From an uncultured Chloroflexia bacterium (GTDB taxonomy: Bacteria; Chloroflexota; Anaerolineae; Anaerolineales; UBA11858), in the NCBI GenBank assembly GCA_963751575.1, contig CAVVUX010000003.1, positions 292,563-356,562 on the forward strand: a stretch of DNA of 64,000 bases, written 5' to 3'. The number at the start of each line of letters is the position of its first letter. Position 1 is the stretch's first letter. Below are positions 56,429 through 64,000 of the stretch, piece after piece. The notes beneath the pieces were generated by a model. The model searched no databases. It was not told the origin of the DNA and was given only the letters and a program-made list of their open reading frames with translations. Made by a program: the position numbers and the translations under genes.

Positions 56429-57046
56429 TTGCTCTTCATGGAAAACAAACCTGCTGACGATCTCAATCCAATTCGGTTATTTCTGATCCTTATTTTGGCG
56501 GCGACTATGTTCATGCTGACCGCCTGTTCACCAGTCCTGGATCAATTAATAAGTGAAGAAAAAAATCAGCCCATTCCCGGGTTACCAACAGCCATCGATC
56601 TTGAGGTTCTTATAACAGCTCCAGCCCCGGATAATACCGAACAGGTGACAATTGTAAACGAGAGCTTGGCGGCCGATGTTGTATCGGTGGCAATTTCAGG
56701 CTCACCTAATGCCTATCAATTTTCAACAACCATCTCCAGCCCGGATACAGGCTGCCTGCAGTACGCCGATTGGTGGGAGGTTATCACCGAGGATGGCAGG
56801 CTGCTTTACCGACGAATCTTACTGCACAGCCACGTCACAGAGCAGCCCTTTACCCGCTCCGGGGGACCAATTGAGATCGATCCGGATACCATTGTTATCA
56901 TTAGAGCTCATCTGAATCCAGCTGGATATGGTGGGCAGGCGCTGAGAGGATCCCCCCAGGCAGGGTTTGAACTGCACAAATTGGAGCCCGGGTTTGCGGC
57001 TGATTTGGAAATATCATCGCCCCTACCTGCTGGTTGTGATTTTTAG
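56429..57046 (+). CDS. Hypothetical lipoprotein with His-rich putative metal site
   Basis: Lipobox LTAC; DTGC.QYADWWEV..R.LLHSH..EQPFTRS..RAH. Confidence 0.7.
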   Translation: MLFMENKPADDLNPIRLFLILILAATMFMLTACSPVLDQLISEEKNQPIPGLPTAIDLEVLITAPAPDNTEQVTIVNESLAADVVSVAISGSPNAYQFSTTISSPDTGCLQYADWWEVITEDGRLLYRRILLHSHVTEQPFTRSGGPIEIDPDTIVIIRAHLNPAGYGGQALRGSPQAGFELHKLEPGFAADLEISSPLPAGCDF

Positions 57047-57088
57047 ACCAGAGTGATTTCCCCCACCCGCAATTTGATCAGCCAAATC

Positions 57089-58027
57089 TCAAACTTTTAG
57101 AACCTCTCCCCTCTTGATCTGGAAGCGGTCAAAATCCCGGGCAACATAAACCATAGGAAATATCTCCTGGGCTTCCTCCAGGATCTGATCCGCCCTGTAG
57201 CGGCGGGATATGTGGGTCAGGATTAATGTTCCTACCCCGGCCAGTCGGGCCAGCTCCCCCGCTTGTTTTGCTGTCAGGTGACCAAATTGTTCTGCCAGGT
57301 CCTTTTCTCCTTCCAGATATGTTGCTTCAATCACCAGGACGTCTGCATCCCTGACTATTTCCAGCAGGTTATCGGTCCGTCCTGCATCACCTACATGCAC
57401 CAGCTTTAATCCCTTCTGTTCTACACCCAGTACCATCTCTGGATCGATCACACGTCCATCTGGTAGTGTCACAGATTTGCCATTCACCAACTCACCCCTC
57501 CAAGGGCCAGGTGGGATCTTTAATACATCGGCCTTTTCAGCCAAGAAAGGCCTGCGGTCGAGTTCTTTAAATACAAAGCCAAAACAATCGGGAGTTCTAT
57601 GATAGACGGGAAAGGAGCTGACAGTAAAATCATCCTCTTCAAATACCAGACCGGATTCCAGCGGCTGAAATGTAATTTCCACCGGGGGGTAATTCCCCTT
57701 CAATACCACACCAAAGATCAAGTCCTTGATGCGATCCAGGGCAGAGTTTCCGCCGGCGATGAGGATCTTGTCCATCGCTTCCCAGCGGACAAAAGTGGAA
57801 ATCAAACCACCTAAACCCAGGATATGATCAAGGTGACCGTGCGTGATCAGGATCCGGTTCAGACGTTTAAAACCCAAACCGGAGCTCAAGAGCTGGCGCT
57901 GAGTCCCCTCCCCGGCGTCAATTAGAAAACGGTGCTCCCCCCGCAGAACCACCTGGGATGTCAGACCCCGATGCACAGAGGGGGCAGAAGCGCTGGTCCC
58001 TAAAAAGACAATTTCAAACACAATCAA
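57089..58027 (-). CDS. rnz: Ribonuclease Z
   Basis: FLGTS, DAGEGTQ, THGHLDH, flexible arm GPW..L..G, EATY, HISRRY. Confidence 0.93.
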   Translation of the reverse strand: MIVFEIVFLGTSASAPSVHRGLTSQVVLRGEHRFLIDAGEGTQRQLLSSGLGFKRLNRILITHGHLDHILGLGGLISTFVRWEAMDKILIAGGNSALDRIKDLIFGVVLKGNYPPVEITFQPLESGLVFEEDDFTVSSFPVYHRTPDCFGFVFKELDRRPFLAEKADVLKIPPGPWRGELVNGKSVTLPDGRVIDPEMVLGVEQKGLKLVHVGDAGRTDNLLEIVRDADVLVIEATYLEGEKDLAEQFGHLTAKQAGELARLAGVGTLILTHISRRYRADQILEEAQEIFPMVYVARDFDRFQIKRGEVLKV

Positions 58028-58076
58028 TTCCTTCTGATAATCAATACCAGTTTTATTTTACCGCAAGTTCAGGATA

Positions 58077-58198
58077 AGACCTCCGAGGTCTGTGAGACCT
58101 CGGAGGTCGTCACTATTATTGGGGTCTGAGAGTTGTTTATGCCGTTGATAATCCTGGTAGGGAGGGGACCTCGGAGGTTAAAGTGATCTCGGAGGTCG
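58077..58198. repeat. Family A palindromic units, 4 copies in two doublets
   Basis: Inverted doublet 58077-58109; degenerate direct doublet 58166-58198; between divergent rnz and ftsK. Confidence 0.88.
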
Positions 58199-58280
58199 CC
58201 TTTTTTTACACCCGCCAAGCTGGGAAAATCCCGATTCACAATCATGCTATAATTCGGAAAGACCCCTGGGGACAGAAACC

Positions 58281-60530
58281 ATGGCAAAATCCACAAAAAA
58301 AACATCTTCAAAATCAAAGACTAAAAGCAAATCCAGCTCATCCAGTCAATCTGTTTTAAGTCCATCACCGGAACGTAATCTGACCCTGAGCGGATTGCTT
58401 TTGACCGGTTTGGGCGTGGTTTCTGCTTTGGGATTGTTCTCCAGCCAAAGCACCAAATTTCTGGCTGTCGTTAAAGACTTGCTTCAAAAGGGATTTGGTT
58501 GGGGCGCATATTTACTGCCCCTCCTGCTTCTGGCAGCCGGAATGTTGATACTGCTTCGCAATCTGGAGAGCGCGCCCAAATTATCGCCAGAACAATCGGT
58601 CGGTATCGGCCTGCTCTACCTGGCGGGAGTAACCACTTTGCAATATTTTACTTTTCCGATTGACTTCCAAGCATCGAAACTGGTAGCTAACGCTGGTCTT
58701 GGTGGAGGATATCTGGGAGCTCTGATCATGGCTCCCCTGCAATCAGCTTTTGGAATCGCGGGGACTGCCATCGCGCTCTTCGCCTGGATCCTGCTTAGCC
58801 TATCTCTAACCCTAGTGATACCTGTTCTGGACCTGTTCAGGTGGGTGCCAGGATTCCTGCAATCTCTTAAGACTCTCTCTTTGAAGTTATTCCCTGCCAG
58901 AGAAAAACCTCTTCCGCCCTTCGAAACACGGACCCGGATGCCGATCCCCGACCTCAAACCGGAACCAAAAACTGACCCTGGACCAGATAGCAAACCTGCC
59001 GCGTCACAATCGCTCTTTCATGACCCCATCCCGGATCTGAACTGGGTCTTGCCCAGCATCCCGGATATCCTCAATATCGGAATAGATGTCGAACCCGATG
59101 AGGAATTTGATAAGCACCAGGCTGCCGTAATCGAGGAAACCCTCGAATCCTTTGGAGCGCCGGGAACGGTGGTTGAAATCAACCGTGGTCCCACAGTCAC
59201 TCAATTTGGGATTGAGCCGGATTTCGTTGATGTCCGAGGACAAAAGCGCAGGGTGCGGGTCAGCAAAATCACCAGTCTGGCAGATGATCTGGCCCTTTCC
59301 CTGGCTGCCAGACGAATCCGCATGGAAGCTCCGGTACCAGGAAAAGGTTATATTGGTGTGGAGGTCCCCAATGAAGAAATATCGCTGGTAGCTTTGCGAG
59401 ATGCCATACAAAGCCCGGGTTTCAAAAAAATGAAAAGCCCGCTGCGATTCGCTCTTGGACGTGATGTTTCAGGGGCTGCTTTTGCTGCGGACCTGGCTGA
59501 TATGCCGCATCTGCTGATCGCCGGTACTACCGGGTCTGGAAAATCAGTCTGTGTCAACGCTTTAATCTCCTGCTTTCTGCTGCACAATACACCAGATGAC
59601 CTGCGGATGATCATGGTCGATCCGAAGCGGGTGGAATTATCAGGATATGACGGCATCCCTCACCTGCTCGCTCCTGTGGTTGTCGACCTGGAAAGAGTGG
59701 TAGGAGTCCTGCAGTGGGTTTCGCGAGAAATGGATCAGCGCTACCACAAATTTTCTGAAGCTGGTGCCCGCCATATCATCGACTATAATCAAAAAATACT
59801 CCGCCAAAATGGCAAGAAACTGCCCTACCTGGTCGTGATCATCGACGAATTGGCGGACCTGATGATGCTGGCACCAACAGAAACTGAACGGGCTATTACC
59901 CGGCTGGCTCAGCTGGCGCGAGCCACCGGCATCCACCTGATCATCTCAACCCAGCGCCCCTCCACCAATGTAGTTACCGGCCTTATCAAAGCCAATTTCC
60001 CGGCCCGGATCGCCTTTGCCACCGCCTCCGGCGTCGACAGCCGGGTGATCCTAGATCAACCCGGAGCAGAAACACTGCTGGGACGGGGGGATATGCTTTT
60101 CCAGGCTCCAGACGCTGCCGCCCCTGTTCGACTGCAGGGTGTTTATGTTTCTGATCCAGAAATAGATAAACTGGTCAGATACTGGCGCTTCCTGGCAGCC
60201 CAAATTAAGGGACCGCTTCCCGGATCAAGCATTTCTGGTGAACCTGATGCCAGGATGCCGAGCATTCCCCTCAAACAGAAAGAAATGTTTGAAGATATGA
60301 GCGAAGTACAGGAGCGGGATCCGCTGTGGGACGAGGCAGTCCAGATGGTCCGCGATGAAGACCGGGCGTCAATCTCGATGCTCCAGCGCCGGTTGAGGAT
60401 CGGTTATACCCGGGCAGCCCGTTTAATAGAAGCTATGGCCGCTGAGGGTATCGTTGGTCCAGCCAAGGATGGTCCCCAGCCCCGGCAGGTGCTAGACCAC
60501 AACCCAGAAGACCCCACCAGCAAAGAATGA
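58281..60530 (+). CDS. ftsK: DNA translocase FtsK/SpoIIIE
   Basis: N-terminal TMs, PHLLIAGTTGSGKS, DELADLM, gamma domain LQRRLRIGY.RAARL. Confidence 0.96.
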   Translation: MAKSTKKTSSKSKTKSKSSSSSQSVLSPSPERNLTLSGLLLTGLGVVSALGLFSSQSTKFLAVVKDLLQKGFGWGAYLLPLLLLAAGMLILLRNLESAPKLSPEQSVGIGLLYLAGVTTLQYFTFPIDFQASKLVANAGLGGGYLGALIMAPLQSAFGIAGTAIALFAWILLSLSLTLVIPVLDLFRWVPGFLQSLKTLSLKLFPAREKPLPPFETRTRMPIPDLKPEPKTDPGPDSKPAASQSLFHDPIPDLNWVLPSIPDILNIGIDVEPDEEFDKHQAAVIEETLESFGAPGTVVEINRGPTVTQFGIEPDFVDVRGQKRRVRVSKITSLADDLALSLAARRIRMEAPVPGKGYIGVEVPNEEISLVALRDAIQSPGFKKMKSPLRFALGRDVSGAAFAADLADMPHLLIAGTTGSGKSVCVNALISCFLLHNTPDDLRMIMVDPKRVELSGYDGIPHLLAPVVVDLERVVGVLQWVSREMDQRYHKFSEAGARHIIDYNQKILRQNGKKLPYLVVIIDELADLMMLAPTETERAITRLAQLARATGIHLIISTQRPSTNVVTGLIKANFPARIAFATASGVDSRVILDQPGAETLLGRGDMLFQAPDAAAPVRLQGVYVSDPEIDKLVRYWRFLAAQIKGPLPGSSISGEPDARMPSIPLKQKEMFEDMSEVQERDPLWDEAVQMVRDEDRASISMLQRRLRIGYTRAARLIEAMAAEGIVGPAKDGPQPRQVLDHNPEDPTSKE

Positions 60531-60614
60531 TTGCGTGAGGGATTGGATCCCTTGCCATTAAATCAATGCTCTCACCCTTTAGTTTGAGGGTGATTTGTTT
60601 GATTATTGTTTTTA

Positions 60615-60647
60615 AGGGACCGGATCCCTTAAAGGGATCCGGTCCCT
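60615..60647. repeat. Family B palindromic doublet (arms swapped)
   Basis: AGGGACCGGATCCCT-TAA-AGGGATCCGGTCCCT. Confidence 0.9.
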
Positions 60648-60670
60648 CGACAATGTTATAATGGGTTAAT

Positions 60671-62023
60671 ATGAAAAAACCTCTCTCCAGGGCCTGGTTC
60701 TGGCTGCTGATTCCGATCTTGATCCTGCTGACCGCCCTGCTCTACCAGATCCCGTTCGTAAATCAACGTCTTGACTGGCGGATCGATGAACTGAAAACGC
60801 GTTTGATTTACGCCATTAACCCTCCTGACGAAGCAGTTTTTATTCCTGTTGGCGAGACAGCGCCATCCACACCACCAATAGTTGCTGTCCCAGTTACCCC
60901 AACACCAACGCCGGATCCATCAGCTGTTGATCCTACACAGGATACGCCTCAAATCACCGCCACTCCCTTACCAGAACAAGTTATCCTGGATGGAGTAGTT
61001 TATGTGAACCAGAGCGAACGGTGGAACTACTGCGGACCTGCCAACCTGACTATGGCGCTGAATTTTTGGGGCTGGCCCGGGAACAGGGATGATGTCGCCC
61101 GAATCGTAAAACCCGGCATCAATGATCCAAGCCTTGACTTCATCCAGCAGGGGCGTTTAGACAAGAATGTGATGCCCTCTGAGCTGATCGGGTTTGTGGC
61201 CGAGCAGACCGACTTCAACATTGTTGCCCGCTACGGAGGTGACCTGGACCTGATCAAAAGCTTGATCGCCAGGGGTTTCCCGGTCCTGGTCGAAAAAGGC
61301 TACTATGAAGCGGATTACACCGGCAAGGTAGCCTGGCTGGGGCATTATGTTTTTACGACAGGTTACGATGACGCTGCAGGAGAATTCATCATCCAGGACA
61401 GCAACATATTAAAGGGGAATACAGCTGCAGACCATCAGAATAAACGGATTGACTACGAGACTTTTCTAGAGGGCTGGCGCTCATTCAATTACCTGCTGAT
61501 GGTCGTTTATCCACCAGGCAGACAAGATGAGGTGTTGGAGATACTGGGTGATTGGGCAGATCCCTCCTGGGCTTATCAACATGCCCTGGAAATTGCGGAA
61601 GAAGAGATCCTGTCCATGTCAGGAGTGAACGCTTTCTTTGCCTGGTTTAACAAAGGGACCAGCCTGGTCAAGCAGGAGCATTATCTGGATGCCGGAGATG
61701 CCTTCGACACAGCTTACCGGATCTACTCCGAACTGGCCGATGACGATGCAGTCCGACCCTACCGGATTACCTGGTATCAGACCTGGCCCTATATGGCTTA
61801 TTATTTCAGCGGACGCTACCAGGACGTGATCAACCTGGCCAATTTCACGCTGGAGACTATCTCTGAACCTGTCCTGGAAGAGACTCTTTACTGGAGGGGT
61901 CTGGCCCATTACGCCCTGGGAAACAAAGCTCAGGCAAAACAGGATCTATATAATTCTGTCTGGCTGAATCCGAATTTTGAAGCCGGTTTGATCCAGATCA
62001 GCAATCTCATATTTGATGATTGA
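60671..62023 (+). CDS. Membrane-anchored C39-like (papain-fold) peptidase with C-terminal TPRs
   Basis: Q....NYCGPANL, HY...GYD, QDS triad; P/T linker; TPR-like helices. Confidence 0.8.
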   Translation: MKKPLSRAWFWLLIPILILLTALLYQIPFVNQRLDWRIDELKTRLIYAINPPDEAVFIPVGETAPSTPPIVAVPVTPTPTPDPSAVDPTQDTPQITATPLPEQVILDGVVYVNQSERWNYCGPANLTMALNFWGWPGNRDDVARIVKPGINDPSLDFIQQGRLDKNVMPSELIGFVAEQTDFNIVARYGGDLDLIKSLIARGFPVLVEKGYYEADYTGKVAWLGHYVFTTGYDDAAGEFIIQDSNILKGNTAADHQNKRIDYETFLEGWRSFNYLLMVVYPPGRQDEVLEILGDWADPSWAYQHALEIAEEEILSMSGVNAFFAWFNKGTSLVKQEHYLDAGDAFDTAYRIYSELADDDAVRPYRITWYQTWPYMAYYFSGRYQDVINLANFTLETISEPVLEETLYWRGLAHYALGNKAQAKQDLYNSVWLNPNFEAGLIQISNLIFDD

Positions 62024-62030
62024 GCTAAAG

Positions 62031-62063
62031 AGGGATCCGGTCCCTTTAAGGGACCGGATCCCT
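62031..62063. repeat. Family B palindromic doublet
   Basis: Identical to 28344-28376. Confidence 0.9.
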
Positions 62064-62077
62064 CCTTACTAACAACT

Positions 62078-63334
62078 ATGCCCAAAATCCTCCATTTCGC
62101 TGACGCCCACATAGACATCAGCAATTACGGCCGCCGGGATCCAGCGACCGGACTGCCGATCCGCATCTTGGATTTTCTTTCTTCGCTGGATGAAATTGTC
62201 AATACAGCCGTAGACGAAAAAGTTGATTGTGTCCTGTTTGCCGGTGATGCCTACAAAGACCAGAATCCCGCGCCAACATTTCAGCGGGAATGGGGCAAAC
62301 GGATCATGCGTCTCAGCCAGGCTGGCATCCCAACCCTGCTGCTGGTTGGCAATCATGATATCTCTCCATCGGTTGGCAGAGCGCACGCGTTGACAGAGTT
62401 CAACACCCTCCAGGTTCCTCATATTAAAACCATCGATCAGGCCGTGTTCCTCTCAAGCGCAGAGCTGAACAGTCTCTGCCCAGATGGAAAAAGTCTTGAT
62501 CTGCAAGTTATTGCCCTGCCCTGGATCTCCAGGACAGGGATGGCTACTACCCTGGACATGCAAACCAGGGATCTTGACCTCCTTTATCAGGAAATGGAGA
62601 AGAAGATCTCCGACGATGTCAACAGCTGGCTGGAGAATGCTGATCCTGACCTGCCCGTGGTGCTGGCTGCTCATGCTTCAGTTGAGGGAGCTACCTACGG
62701 CGGGGAAAGATCTGTCAGCCTGGGAAGGGACCTGATCCTGCCCGGCAGACTGCTCAAAGATTCCCGGCTTGATTACACGGCCCTGGGTCATATCCATAAA
62801 CGCCAGGATCTCAATCCGGGCAAACATCCCCCGGTCGTTTATCCAGGATCGATCGAAAGGGTGGATTTTGGAGAGGCGATGGACGAAAAATTCTTCCTGA
62901 TTGCCAACGTCCAGAAGGGAAATACACAGCTGGACTGGCGCCAGCTGAAGAATATTCGTCATTTTGAGGATATTCATTTGGTCTTGTCATCCAAGGACGA
63001 GATCACAGACCAGGTCAGCCAGGTCCTGCCTGATCAAACGGTGATCCAGGATTCTATTTTACGGTTGGTATTAAGCTACCCCCGGGCTTGGGAACCTCTT
63101 ATTGATGAAGCAGCAATCAACGAAATTGTTAAAGACGCATTTGAGTTCCATTTAATCAAACAGCCCCAAACTGAGCCCCGGATCCGCCTTCCCAAAGACC
63201 GCGTGATCGGCTCCCTATCCGCTGAGGAACTGCTGGAACAATACTGGATAGTCAGCCAGACCCCACCTGATGAGATCAAGGATCTCAAACGCCTGGCCGG
63301 GGAGATCATCCATCCCGAAACCGACCCCGAATAG
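62078..63334 (+). CDS. sbcD: Exonuclease SbcCD subunit D (Mre11-like)
   Basis: HFADAH, AGD, GNHD, ALGHIH, YPGS. Confidence 0.92.
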   Translation: MPKILHFADAHIDISNYGRRDPATGLPIRILDFLSSLDEIVNTAVDEKVDCVLFAGDAYKDQNPAPTFQREWGKRIMRLSQAGIPTLLLVGNHDISPSVGRAHALTEFNTLQVPHIKTIDQAVFLSSAELNSLCPDGKSLDLQVIALPWISRTGMATTLDMQTRDLDLLYQEMEKKISDDVNSWLENADPDLPVVLAAHASVEGATYGGERSVSLGRDLILPGRLLKDSRLDYTALGHIHKRQDLNPGKHPPVVYPGSIERVDFGEAMDEKFFLIANVQKGNTQLDWRQLKNIRHFEDIHLVLSSKDEITDQVSQVLPDQTVIQDSILRLVLSYPRAWEPLIDEAAINEIVKDAFEFHLIKQPQTEPRIRLPKDRVIGSLSAEELLEQYWIVSQTPPDEIKDLKRLAGEIIHPETDPE

Positions 63335-64000
63335 ATGATGCCAGATGTCTCCATCTTGCTTCCCTGCTTTAATGCCTCGGCAACCCTCGAAGAGGCTTTA
63401 GCAACCCTGGCCGATCAAACTTACCTTGATTTTGAAGTTGTGTGTGTCAATGATGGATCAACAGACGATACCGCCGCGATCCTGGAAGCCTGGCATCGGC
63501 GCGATCCAAGATTTGTAGTCCTCCACATCAATCACCAGGGCATTGCCGCAGCTGCCAATCAGGGGCTGGAACGATGCCGAGCACCGATCATCGTCCGCAT
63601 GGATTCGGATGACCGCTGCCATCCTGAGCGTGTCGCCCTGCAAAGGCAGCACCTCCTGGATCATCCGGATCTGGCTGTGGTCAGTTCCCTTGTGACAGGA
63701 TTTCCAGCTGACCAAATCGGTGAAGGTTTTAATCTTTATTTTCAATGGTTGAATTCTCTCCTAACGCACGAAGATATATCTCGGGAAATCTTCGTGGAGA
63801 GTCCAATCGCCAATCCCAGCGCGGCTTACCGCAGATCCTGGGTGGAGCAGGTTGGCGGCTACCAGGACCACGGCTGGCCAGAGGATTATGATCTCTGGCT
63901 CCGACTCTACCTTGCGGGTGCCAAATTTGAAAAGATACCGAGAGTGCTGCTGGAATGGCGGGAGCATCCCGACCGCTTGACCCATCTGGATTCAAGGTAC
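63335..64000 (+). CDS. Glycosyltransferase family 2, runs off the window
   Basis: Own translation: MMPDVSILLPCFN..VNDGSTDDT..RMDSDD..EDYDLWLR. Not in the ORF track. Confidence 0.9.
   Translation, partial: MMPDVSILLPCFNASATLEEALATLADQTYLDFEVVCVNDGSTDDTAAILEAWHRRDPRFVVLHINHQGIAAAANQGLERCRAPIIVRMDSDDRCHPERVALQRQHLLDHPDLAVVSSLVTGFPADQIGEGFNLYFQWLNSLLTHEDISREIFVESPIANPSAAYRRSWVEQVGGYQDHGWPEDYDLWLRLYLAGAKFEKIPRVLLEWREHPDRLTHLDSRY

Noticed and set aside
62078-63334. sbcD without sbcC as a novel nuclease or defence system
   Set aside because: Ordinary SbcD sequence; sbcC may be encoded elsewhere, and the neighbours are not defence-like.

Overview
A core-chromosome window of about 50% GC. Gene content and style suggest Chloroflexota (Anaerolineales); this is inference. 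About 65 CDSs, mostly housekeeping: ricT, mrp, glmS, an NAD-linked formate dehydrogenase operon, mfd, pth, pyrG, eno, radC, rseP, a mevalonate-phosphate decarboxylase, an ftsZ paralog, rnz, ftsK and sbcD. A tRNA-Val(CAC) is followed by a 10-kb run of co-oriented small accessory genes. No integrase, transposase, prophage or CRISPR array is visible. Several genes carry clustered single-base indels that look like assembly errors. The main signals not captured by the ORF track are: (1) a lipoprotein redoxin split by an in-frame UGA at its U-P-P-C motif, followed by a SECIS-like hairpin (candidate exported selenoprotein); (2) a glmS ribozyme with a two-hairpin insertion inside the catalytic core and a covarying P2.2; (3) a stand-alone ftsZ paralog whose T7-loop catalytic Asp reads His, in a small operon of unknown genes; (4) two unrelated families of 15-nt palindromes, always arranged as 15+3+15 doublets; (5) an MvaD homolog with phosphomevalonate-decarboxylase signatures.
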